Positions 55,901 to 63,759 of a stretch of DNA of 64,000 nucleotides are shown piece after piece (within the stretch, counting starts at the first letter, position 1; the number at the start of each line of letters is the position of its first letter). A program made the translations under genes and the position numbers. Under the pieces are notes generated by a model. That model did no database searches. It was not told the DNA's origin and saw nothing but the letters and a program-made list of their open reading frames with translations. Source of the DNA: a virus; the IMG/VR virus record IMGVR_UViG_3300028654_000009. One strand, 5' to 3'.

Positions 55901-58278
55901 GCTTCCCTTTTTTCTGGGAAGTACCACAGCCCGTGTGCAACTGCCAAGGCTCGATGAACCTTAGAAGCGTCTTCTGAATGGACTCCCCCGGTTACGCGAT
56001 CGACTCCAGCTATGTGTTTAGCGTGCGTATATAACGCCTCATACATTTTTTTACCCAACCCCTGACCACGGTAGCTTGGTCCTAGAGAAGAATGGGGTTC
56101 TATAGAGCCTTCTACAATGTTCGCGTGTACCTGTCCCACACTACGTAACGGTGACGATGTTTCTGGCTGCCATGACCCACTCCCTGTGCTGTGATATACC
56201 CGAGATTTAATCTCGTCCTGCCGCCCAGGATGTACCATGTGCGACACTATCAGTTTGTAGCCCTGTTTTGTGTGTTCCGGGGTTAACATATGACTATAAT
56301 CATAGTTCTGCTGGGTAGAGCCTCTGGAGTTCAAAGGTGTGGGCTCCCCGACCGTCTTACCCGGCTTCAGGTCGGCGATAGCCTTCTTCAGCCCCGCCCG
56401 AACCACGTACGCCGGCAGGTGTGTCACGCCAGCGGCCTTAGCCGCCTCCACGCGGTGTGTCCCGTCCTTTACGGACCACGCCCCTGGGTTGCCAGGAGCG
56501 ACCACGATAGGGGGAACCTCGTCGCCAGCTCGGAGCATTTTGTGGTAAAGGGAATACCGGTCTTTATTGGCAGCCCCTCCACTGTTGCCCCCCTCTAGCA
56601 AAGCGACGGGCACCATAATCCGCTTCAGAGACTTGGTGTCGCCGTTGGTATAGTGACTAGCTACCGACGCCAGGTAGTTCTGGTCGAATGCTTGGCGGTC
56701 TGGGTGGTTCTTGCTGGGGATTTTTAGAGCCGACGTACCCCAGTCATCGGACGTCCATACTTTTGGGCGTTTTTCAGCCTTCTCCAATTCTTGGTCTCCT
56801 GTCTGGAGACCTCTCGCCAGCCCCACCACCGATTGAACCAAAGAAAGAATCGACTTGTACGTCTCGGGGAACTGCCCCTTCAGTTGGGTAATGACCGGTA
56901 ACTGCCCCTTCAGTTGGGTAAGGGACTCGGCCACACGCTGCTTAAGACTCTCCATCTCTTCCGAATTGCGAGCCGCAGACGCCCGGTCTTGCTTGTCCTG
57001 GGAGCCGGCCAGCTCATGGAATTGGTCTTCGGCGTCCTTGGCCTGGTGACTCATTTCGGGGGCGGGGCCCTGGTCGGCAATCGAATGTGCGACCTCTCCT
57101 TCGGAGTGTTCTTGCGTCTGAACGTGCGGGTGGACCTTCTTGGGGGGCGCCACCCCATGCTGGTGGCCGCCATGGGCGGCCGAGCCTTCGTTTTCGGCTT
57201 TGGTCATCTTAGGGATGGGCACCGTGGAGCTAGTAACGAAAAACTTGGGGTCGGAATTGACCTTGCCGTACATCGCCGTATGTGGGGGTCGCTTGGGTGG
57301 CGTTATAAGTTTGCGGATGTCGTGATCTGTAAGATCGCCATCGCTCTCGCCCATGTGGCCGAAAGCCGGGATCACAGGATTGCCAAATTGATGGTGCGTA
57401 GGGGCATACTTCATACGCCCCAAAAACATGTGCTGGTGTGAGCCAAACGGATGGTTGGTATACCCATGAGCCAAAATAACATTGGTACTCAACTTCGGGT
57501 TCTCATTAAGCCTGTCACGCAAATCGACTTCCAGTGGCGGGCCCTTCCAGCTTCCCTCTTTCCTTCCCCATTCGCCATCATCGAAAGCCATGCCCCCAAA
57601 TGGATTACCGTAAGCCTTGTTTATGGTATGAAGCTCGTCTAGACCGTGCGAGGGGTGCTCAAAGTCCTTGTGGTACTGGTCGTTGCCGGCCGATTTCCAT
57701 CCCTGCATCTCCAAAATCCCCGCAGCCTTCTCAGTGTCGGGGTGACCTGCCGGTAAGTAGGTCGTCGCGCGATACCTAGTTGCAGGCTGAGTGAATAGAG
57801 GGTCCTGGTCCCCAAAACTCTTGGCCAGCCCAATCTGGGGGCTCAGGTACTCGTCGGCAATTTTCTCGTCTTCCGTCTTGGGCTTATTCGCCTCGGCTAG
57901 GGTTTGGGGGACCGTTTCGTCGAAGAGCCGGACTCTATCGCGACCTTCTATTTTTCCTACCAAAAGGGCTTGCCCAGCTTCAGACATACGTCTCCCGATG
58001 CCGATAGTCAAAGTGGCTCCGGTTGCAGAATGATACTTCTGGCGGACGGATTCGACTTCTCCTAGTGCCGAGACCGGGATCTCGGCTAGATAACACTCAT
58101 CTCCCCCTTCCTCGACGACAGAGCCGCCGTGCTCAAGAGCCCAAGACACAAGAATCTGATTGCCAGCCTCGATCCTCTGGTTGATTCGGCGCACCTCTTC
58201 AACGTCATCTCTCTGGATGCTAGCTCCGATGAGATACCCGATTCGATCACCGTCGCAGGCTAGGAACAGTTTATCCAT
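52981..58278 (-). CDS. Modular polyprotein: mCpol-like cyclase + unknown domain(s) + ParB-like domain + 5 GNAT domains
   Basis: DGDRIG...GGDE; PPIVV...DGTHR; five (R/H)GxG(L/F)GKxxY motifs; repeated linker KxELAPDHDEExLLLCPPGCHDQKIEKAI; likely start ATG 58278. Confidence 0.85.
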   Translation of the reverse strand: MDKLFLACDGDRIGYLIGASIQRDDVEEVRRINQRIEAGNQILVSWALEHGGSVVEEGGDECYLAEIPVSALGEVESVRQKYHSATGATLTIGIGRRMSEAGQALLVGKIEGRDRVRLFDETVPQTLAEANKPKTEDEKIADEYLSPQIGLAKSFGDQDPLFTQPATRYRATTYLPAGHPDTEKAAGILEMQGWKSAGNDQYHKDFEHPSHGLDELHTINKAYGNPFGGMAFDDGEWGRKEGSWKGPPLEVDLRDRLNENPKLSTNVILAHGYTNHPFGSHQHMFLGRMKYAPTHHQFGNPVIPAFGHMGESDGDLTDHDIRKLITPPKRPPHTAMYGKVNSDPKFFVTSSTVPIPKMTKAENEGSAAHGGHQHGVAPPKKVHPHVQTQEHSEGEVAHSIADQGPAPEMSHQAKDAEDQFHELAGSQDKQDRASAARNSEEMESLKQRVAESLTQLKGQLPVITQLKGQFPETYKSILSLVQSVVGLARGLQTGDQELEKAEKRPKVWTSDDWGTSALKIPSKNHPDRQAFDQNYLASVASHYTNGDTKSLKRIMVPVALLEGGNSGGAANKDRYSLYHKMLRAGDEVPPIVVAPGNPGAWSVKDGTHRVEAAKAAGVTHLPAYVVRAGLKKAIADLKPGKTVGEPTPLNSRGSTQQNYDYSHMLTPEHTKQGYKLIVSHMVHPGRQDEIKSRVYHSTGSGSWQPETSSPLRSVGQVHANIVEGSIEPHSSLGPSYRGQGLGKKMYEALYTHAKHIAGVDRVTGGVHSEDASKVHRALAVAHGLWYFPEKREAYGEDPDDEHVQRYPYMDYDYQIKGELAPDHDEEALLLCPPGCHDQKIEKAISDISPGPHEEDRPIPETNIVNQVYDYNHLLTPSQRSMGLTLKVHQRKEGHKQFPSMVEARLSKSNYGVQQNLGGAHGHINPSTNAEYEFQDQLQGEPYLEPHSQLEKEYRGKGLGKAAYKALYAHVHHTLGVNHVVGGEHSAAADRVHRSLAGEMGLNYVSKKRNPKSGFGLPLEQYPYDSYHYQLKDELAPDHDEEALLLCPPGCHDQKIEKAISDLKPGKFQGETTFPNGDDDSGDPVTQKKFDYGHLLTPEQKEQGLSLHVHHSFQNNENGKERIVARLTRPGRDRPRYVGAVTGYVRPPNSVRTFKGYDPFAKFTRLEPHSDLDEQFRGQGLGKAMYEALYAHAKHVAGIDHVQGGPHSPQAEAVHIALSKKHGLEHVPYVLRPEDGSDDPEISATRYPYAGYQYQLKGELAPDHDEETLLLCPPGCHDQKIEKAIADVPTGKHMSTYQDANGNDVHLHDYSHLLPQGTPSNFKMFVRHNPSKNYLSTYINDESSNNPLVGNVQGYIKNKHIEPHADLDLAHHGKGFGKAMYLATYSHAKNKLGVEGVAGGMHSAQASAVHRSLAATHGLDYKVDPINPDGSGIHGSNISHMPYKYALKAELAPNVDEEKLLLCPKGCHDQKVEKAIKDIPVGKYQNVDRTLHGTVVARNYNYSHLLPEEMRKTHSLVVQERRHGVGGKYNVHHIVAELHNDAQHMTDGDVHSDVHYRNRSLGTGAEKEKWEGMLTPHSFLSSSLRGRGLGKAMYEALYSHAKNKLGIKDVQGGSHSEMAHRVHQSLAEKHGMSYNPEPDDYVDNRGVKWHGPYQYTLKGEFPAEKEDDLLICGPDCSHHVAKEEIEPNEKFPPEKELNKESMPPTHKDLELPVGSLHNGHLKVQHADGTVGWKGVTAGLIQGLEPGGAGGGGANSHAVSSREPNSP

Positions 58279-58861
58279 TGGGGAGCCTCGCACCCTTACG
58301 GCTGTTTTCTTCCACAGAAAGCGGCCTCAGGTTTGTATAGTGATTGACTCTCAAAAATCCTTCCCTATCATTCTCTAGGTCTACGGAAGACAGAGGTATG
58401 ATGTGGTCGATGCTCCAGACTGTTCCGTAGTTCTCCCAGGTCCACCCGGATTTGAATTGGGATTCAAGGTGGACCCTTGCTTGTTCTCCCGTGCACCCCA
58501 TATCTCTAACCGACGATCCCGCCCTGCTCCCCCTTTTGATAGCTTTCACAATTCTAGATCGGAGGTTGCATAGTATCCTAAATCCGGGGTCTATTTTTTT
58601 TCGAGCGATACGATATTGGTTGTTACTGTCAATCTCTTTTTTACGATTTCGCTCGTAGTGTTTCTTCCTGTTCGCTACAACCTGTTCCGGATTCTCTTCT
58701 TTCCACCGTTTCACACTAAGATATACTGTTCCCGAATTTTTGATCCGATATTGTTTGGCATAAAGGGCCGCACAGAGTTTGCAAGGATTTCCTTTTTTGC
58801 TAAATTCAATGATAGGCTTCTCGACCTTACATTTCGAACAAATCTTCTGTTGCGGCACCAC
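58271..58861 (-). CDS. HNH homing endonuclease
   Basis: CSKC...CKLC; WTWENYG..WSIDHIIPLS...HYTNLRPLSVEENSRK; AT-richer than flanks. Confidence 0.9.
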   Translation of the reverse strand: MVPQQKICSKCKVEKPIIEFSKKGNPCKLCAALYAKQYRIKNSGTVYLSVKRWKEENPEQVVANRKKHYERNRKKEIDSNNQYRIARKKIDPGFRILCNLRSRIVKAIKRGSRAGSSVRDMGCTGEQARVHLESQFKSGWTWENYGTVWSIDHIIPLSSVDLENDREGFLRVNHYTNLRPLSVEENSRKGARLPNG

Positions 58862-58904
58862 AATCTCCTTGACTTACCAAAATTTGATAGCTAATATAAA
58901 CCGA

Positions 58905-59741
58905 ATGAAGCCTCAAGACTTAGCCATCCTGCCATCCCCGCGTATCGCAAGTTCCTCTTTGGATAGCGGGGGGCGGCTTATTGTTATTGGTGACGTGCAT
59001 GGGTGCCTGGACGAGCTTGTGTCTCTTGTTGAAAGATTGGGCCTACGATCCACCGATAGAACGGTTTTTGTTGGTGACTTCGTCGATAGGGGTCCTTGCT
59101 CTGGTGAAGTGGTCTCCTGTGTCAAATTCAGCTGCGACGTCGGCCTGTCCAGTGCTGTGCTTGCGAACCACGAAGAAGTCGCCGTTCGCTGGAGGGCCCA
59201 CGAACTGGGCGTCAAAGCCGACCCGGAACACTATCGCAATCCGATGGCCCAAAAGCAAGGTCGGAAGGATACCGACCAGGCGCTGACAGACGACCAGGTC
59301 CTGTGGCTTGCCAGGCTGCCCGCCATTATCAAAGTCACTACTCCGGGTGGGGTTCGCCTTATCACGCACGCGGGGCTGCTTCCTGACGAAACTGGGCGCT
59401 ACCACCAGCCCACCAAAGCTCTCATCCGCAACCGCTACCTCAGGCAGCGACCGGACGGTCTCTGGAGGCCCACGGGCAGCCTCTTCCACGGCCCGGAAGA
59501 CAGATTCTGGACGACCCTCTGGACGGGGCCCAGGGTCATCTACGGGCACGAAGTCGTCGCCGACAGGGCTACCCCTCGGGTAGAAAACAACACGTACGGG
59601 ATCGACACTGGGTGCGTTTTCGGGGGTCGTCTGACAGCCTACGTCGAAACGTTCGAAATGGACGGCTCGTCCAAGGTCGAATTCGTCCAGGTCCAGGCCC
59701 AGCGCGAATACTACGCCTATAATTCCACCGCAACGGTTTGA
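58905..59741 (+). CDS. Metallophosphoesterase (PPP/Pnkp-phosphatase/ApaH-like)
   Basis: GDVHGC, GDFVDRGP, NHE, HAG, YGH, IDTGCVFGGRLTA. Confidence 0.9.
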   Translation: MKPQDLAILPSPRIASSSLDSGGRLIVIGDVHGCLDELVSLVERLGLRSTDRTVFVGDFVDRGPCSGEVVSCVKFSCDVGLSSAVLANHEEVAVRWRAHELGVKADPEHYRNPMAQKQGRKDTDQALTDDQVLWLARLPAIIKVTTPGGVRLITHAGLLPDETGRYHQPTKALIRNRYLRQRPDGLWRPTGSLFHGPEDRFWTTLWTGPRVIYGHEVVADRATPRVENNTYGIDTGCVFGGRLTAYVETFEMDGSSKVEFVQVQAQREYYAYNSTATV

Positions 59742-59771
59742 CATTCCAGAAAAGAAAGGTAAGATTGAGAC

Positions 59772-60263
59772 ATGAACCTCACCTCTTTTGCGAATTCGGT
59801 CACCCCCGGAACCGCCCTGATTCTTCGGGGGTGTCAGGGGGCCGGCAAGTCGACTCTGGCCCACCTGGTAACCGGGCGTCTGACCGGCAAGATTTGTAGC
59901 GCCGACAAGTCCAGGATCGATACTTACGGCACCTACGTTTACAAGCCCGAGGAGAACGGTCTTCATCACGCCAATTGCCTCAAGGCCTTCATCTCTGCCG
60001 CGCAGAACGACACCCTCCGCGAGAAGGGCGTGTTGGTCTGCGACAACACCAACGTCACGGTCGAGGAGATCACGCCGTATCGGGCCATCGCTACGGCCTT
60101 CGGGTGGGCGCCGCTGGTCGTCACCCTGATGCCCAATGACCCATTCCTTGCTGCCGAGCGGCAGCTGCACGGAGTGCCTGTCAAAAAGGTCATCAACGTC
60201 GCAGACCGTGTCTGTGACATCAAGCTTCCTTCAAACTGGGCTCACATCACCATTCAGGACTAA
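59772..60263 (+). CDS. P-loop kinase (AAA_33/polynucleotide kinase-like)
   Basis: LRGCQGAGKST, SAD, DNTN, RQLHGVP. Confidence 0.85.
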   Translation: MNLTSFANSVTPGTALILRGCQGAGKSTLAHLVTGRLTGKICSADKSRIDTYGTYVYKPEENGLHHANCLKAFISAAQNDTLREKGVLVCDNTNVTVEEITPYRAIATAFGWAPLVVTLMPNDPFLAAERQLHGVPVKKVINVADRVCDIKLPSNWAHITIQD

Positions 60264-60277
60264 CACAAAGGAGACAC

Positions 60278-60529
60278 ATGCGCATCCATGCCGAGAAGAC
60301 CGCCGAACGAGAAACCTTCGCTTACACCTATTTCCTGGACAACCCCCAGGGCTCCGTCAAGGAGCTGAACGACAAGCTGTCAGCCAAGGACGGCCGTCGC
60401 CTGAATCTGGGGCGGGCGTACGCAATCAAGGCCGCTGCTGCCCAGCGCTTGGGCATTCCTCCCAAGGTGTCGACCAAGAAGGTCAAGCTGTACCCAATCG
60501 GGACCTCCCAGAGCGAGGATACTAAGTAA
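60278..60529 (+). CDS. Hypothetical basic protein
   Basis: AAGGAG SD. Confidence 0.6.
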   Translation: MRIHAEKTAERETFAYTYFLDNPQGSVKELNDKLSAKDGRRLNLGRAYAIKAAAAQRLGIPPKVSTKKVKLYPIGTSQSEDTK

Positions 60530-61272
60530 TGAGCTACCCCGGCCTCGTGCTGGCTGGCCATGCTGGGGCCGGGAAAGATACTGTCGGACATTTCATCGCT
60601 GACCGCTTTGACGGGACCTGTACCGCCTTTTCGGCACCCCTGAAAATCCTCGTAAACAACCTGTTCGGGTTTAGCTACGAGGTCCTGTATGGCGAGTCCG
60701 AGCTACGGAATCTCATTGACCCGTGGTTCGCCACACCAGACGGGCAATCTCACATCGGCAGCCTTCGAACCGGCGAAGACTATTTCCGGAAGGCGGTAGG
60801 CTTGCCACTGAAGGGTGGGCCCTTGCTTCACCAGGTCATTGAAAGCGAGATCAAGCCCTTCATTTCAAAAAAGGGGGGCCTGAGCGCTCGCAAGGCTCTG
60901 CAGGCGGTAGGTACCGAGTGGGGACGCGCCATCCAGACCAACGTGTGGGCCGACGCGGCCATGAGGGACTCAGACCTATGCCTCCATGATGGAGCCCGGC
61001 TCGTGATTCTGACGGACGGGCGCTTTGTGTCTGAGCTGGTGGCAGCAAAGGCCAGGGGATTCAAAATCTGCAAGGTCTTTCGGCCAGACTACGAAAAGGT
61101 GGCTCACCGCTCCGAAACCGAGCTAGACACCGTCCCGGATTGGTGGTTCGATTACATCATCCGCAACGACGGAGACCAGGAATCGCTACTTTTGAAGGCG
61201 TACAGCCTTGGGCTGCACCTGACCAGGTGGTACTACTCACGTGGCTCTTACGAGATGGGAGAATACCGATGA
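60529..61272 (+). CDS. Deoxynucleoside monophosphate kinase
   Basis: GHAGAGKDT, FSAPLK, RKALQAVGTEWGR, DGRF..E, HRSE. Confidence 0.9.
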   Translation: MSYPGLVLAGHAGAGKDTVGHFIADRFDGTCTAFSAPLKILVNNLFGFSYEVLYGESELRNLIDPWFATPDGQSHIGSLRTGEDYFRKAVGLPLKGGPLLHQVIESEIKPFISKKGGLSARKALQAVGTEWGRAIQTNVWADAAMRDSDLCLHDGARLVILTDGRFVSELVAAKARGFKICKVFRPDYEKVAHRSETELDTVPDWWFDYIIRNDGDQESLLLKAYSLGLHLTRWYYSRGSYEMGEYR

Positions 61273-62384
61273 AAGCATTTCCGACTCTGTACAAGCGTTC
61301 GAACACGGGGGCCATTCAACAATGGTCCATTGCCGTCGCAGGCCCGGCAATCACCGTGACCCACGGCCAGGTCGGGGGTAAGCTGCAGACGGGGATTGAT
61401 ATCATCAAGGAGGGCAAGAACCTGGGCAAGGCCAACGCCACGACCGCTGAAGAGCAGGCGGAGGCGGAGGCACTCGCCAAGTGGACCAAGCAGAAGGAGA
61501 GGAATCGCTACGTCGAAGACATTTCTCGTGCCGAAGGTGGCGAAACGGACGCGGCCGGCGGAATCCCTCCGATGCTGGCCCAGCCCGAAGAAGCCGGGAT
61601 GAAGAAAATCAAGTTCCCTGCCCATATCCAGAGGAAGTACAACGGCAATCGCTGCTTGGCGGTGATCGAAAACGGAGAGGTCTCTCTCTGGAGCCGAAAG
61701 CAAAAGCGGATTCTCGGCATGCCCCATATCGAAGCCGCCTATCGAGAGGCTTTCGCTAGGCTTGAAGGGGTCACTATTCTCGATGGCGAGCTTTACCGCC
61801 ATGGCTGGTCGCTCCAGAAGATCAGCGGTTTTTGCCGCAAGGAAGGGACCAAACCGGGCTTCAGGCAAATCAAGCACGTCGTTTACGACCTGCCATCTTC
61901 AGACGAGCCGGAACACAAGCGGAGAGCCGACCTCGCTTTTCTGTTTGCGGCAGTCGACTCCGATTGTCTGGAGCTGGCCCCTACCGAGGTCATCACGATG
62001 AGGGAAGCTGTCAAGCCCACGCACGACGCATATGTGAGCGAAGGATATGAGGGAGCCATTCTACGCAACCTCGAAGGGAAGTATGCGGCCGGCAAGAGGT
62101 CGTATGACCTTGTCAAGGTGAAAGACTTCAAGGAACTTGAGTTCCCCATCGTTGACATCTCCGAGGGCCGGGGTAAGTTCGCAGGTAAGGCGATTTTCAC
62201 CTGCCGGGCCGAGAACGGCAAGGAGTTCGATTGTTGCGCCCCAGGCACTCTCAAGGATCGGGCAGAGTTCTTCGAGCAGGGGACCGCGCTCATCGGGAAA
62301 CTGCTGACCGTGAAGTTCTTCGAGCGCACCGAAGACGGCATGCCCTCCCATGGGGTCGGACTTGTGGTAAGAGACTATGAATAA
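61269..62384 (+). CDS. ATP-dependent DNA ligase
   Basis: PMLA, KYNGNR, LDGELY, YD, GYEGAILR, KRS..LVKVK; WGR-like N-terminus. Confidence 0.92.
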   Translation: MKAFPTLYKRSNTGAIQQWSIAVAGPAITVTHGQVGGKLQTGIDIIKEGKNLGKANATTAEEQAEAEALAKWTKQKERNRYVEDISRAEGGETDAAGGIPPMLAQPEEAGMKKIKFPAHIQRKYNGNRCLAVIENGEVSLWSRKQKRILGMPHIEAAYREAFARLEGVTILDGELYRHGWSLQKISGFCRKEGTKPGFRQIKHVVYDLPSSDEPEHKRRADLAFLFAAVDSDCLELAPTEVITMREAVKPTHDAYVSEGYEGAILRNLEGKYAAGKRSYDLVKVKDFKELEFPIVDISEGRGKFAGKAIFTCRAENGKEFDCCAPGTLKDRAEFFEQGTALIGKLLTVKFFERTEDGMPSHGVGLVVRDYE

Positions 62385-63135
62385 GGACTCGCTGGGCGAC
62401 CGCATGAAGCGGTACGAAAATGTCACCCGAAACTACCTCGTCAGGCGCACGCCGGTCATTGTCCGGCTGGACGGGAAGGCGTTCCACACACTGACCGCCA
62501 AACATTGTGTAAAGCCTTTCGACGACCACTTCCACCATGCAATGGAGAAGACCTCCATTCGTCTTCTGGAGGAGGTCCAAGGGTGTACGTTCGTTTACAC
62601 ACAGTCCGACGAAATCAGCCTGCTGCTGTTTGACTACCAAAAGCTCGATACGCAGGCATGGTTCGACAACAACATCCAGAAAATGGTGTCCGTCTCGGCC
62701 TCCATCGCTAGCGTCACGTTTTCGACCGTATTCGGGGAGCAAGGGTTCTTCGATGCCAGGGCCTTCAACCTTCCCGAGGCTGAGGTCTGCAACTACTTCG
62801 TATGGCGACAGAACGACGCAATCAGGAACAGCATCCAGGCTGTAGGCCAGGCCCATTTCAGCCAGAAGGAGCTTCACAAGCTGAACGTGGACCAAATCAA
62901 GGCCAAGCTGCTGAGCGAGCATGGCGTAAACTGGGACTTGCACATCAAGACCAAGTTCAAGCGCGGCCTGGCGGTGTCTCGGGTGCCCAATATCGTCGAC
63001 AGCGGCGTAACCGCGAATTTTGCTCACTGGATCGCCCTAGGTTATCCGAACTACAAACCTGTAGTTGACGAAGAAATCCCCATATTCTCTCAAAATCGCG
63101 AGTTCGTGGAACGCCACCTCCCAAAAACAATCTAG
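62377..63135 (+). CDS. thg1: tRNA(His) guanylyltransferase Thg1-like 3'-5' polymerase
   Basis: RMKRYE, VRLDGKAFH, YTQSDEISL, FDAR, YFVWRQNDAIRNS. Confidence 0.93.
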   Translation: MNKDSLGDRMKRYENVTRNYLVRRTPVIVRLDGKAFHTLTAKHCVKPFDDHFHHAMEKTSIRLLEEVQGCTFVYTQSDEISLLLFDYQKLDTQAWFDNNIQKMVSVSASIASVTFSTVFGEQGFFDARAFNLPEAEVCNYFVWRQNDAIRNSIQAVGQAHFSQKELHKLNVDQIKAKLLSEHGVNWDLHIKTKFKRGLAVSRVPNIVDSGVTANFAHWIALGYPNYKPVVDEEIPIFSQNREFVERHLPKTI

Positions 63136-63142
63136 GAGAAAC

Positions 63143-63553
63143 ATGACCCCAGCGCGCACACAATACCTGGTAGACGCAGCAGAGAAACTGGCACAGGTGT
63201 TGCCAGCTGACCAAAGAGACCGCTTCAAGATCGACTACATCAAGGTCATGTCGTCTTTAAACGAGACAGTGGACGCAAACATGGAGGAGCTTGAAATCGG
63301 TGTCACCGAACTGTTGGTTGCATTTTTCCCGGAACAACCTGGGCCAGTCAACGAGACGACGCTCAAGATCGTAAACGACGTCCGAAACATAGCCTACTTA
63401 TTCCACACCCTGATGGCCGGAGTCGATGTCGCCAGCATCCGCCAGTTGATTTACTCTTCGGTGCAAAAAGCCCTCGCTGCCAGCTACCAAGCGTGCCAGC
63501 AAAACGACGAAAACATCCGCGACCGAACGTCCCGAACAAAGGAGCTTTGCTAA
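63143..63553 (+). CDS. Hypothetical protein
   Basis: AGGAG SD. Confidence 0.6.
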   Translation: MTPARTQYLVDAAEKLAQVLPADQRDRFKIDYIKVMSSLNETVDANMEELEIGVTELLVAFFPEQPGPVNETTLKIVNDVRNIAYLFHTLMAGVDVASIRQLIYSSVQKALAASYQACQQNDENIRDRTSRTKELC

Positions 63554-63759
63554 TGACCTGCTGTATCTTGATTTTGGTAGTTGGGCTGGTTCTGGTTTAC
63601 ATCAGTCCTGACTGTCACTGGAGCGGATTTTTCGAGCCCGAGGACCCAGAGCGCGGCATCGTACCACCCGGGCCTGAGGATATCGAAGAGGCTAATTCAG
63701 TCCTGGAGGACAATAAATCGAACCATGGCGCTATCCTCGACGTCGAGGATCATTCTTAG
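63553..63759 (+). CDS. Small membrane protein
   Basis: TAATG-coupled; N-terminal hydrophobic segment. Confidence 0.45.
   Translation: MTCCILILVVGLVLVYISPDCHWSGFFEPEDPERGIVPPGPEDIEEANSVLEDNKSNHGAILDVEDHS

Noticed and set aside
56870-56921. 22-bp direct repeat with 30-bp period
   Set aside because: Small in-frame duplication (TQLKGQ twice) in a helical spacer, with no evidence of a separate function.
59761-59766. Minus-strand AATCTT at 59761
   Set aside because: Better explained as the TAAGAT -10 box of a plus-strand TTGACA promoter for the kinase gene.
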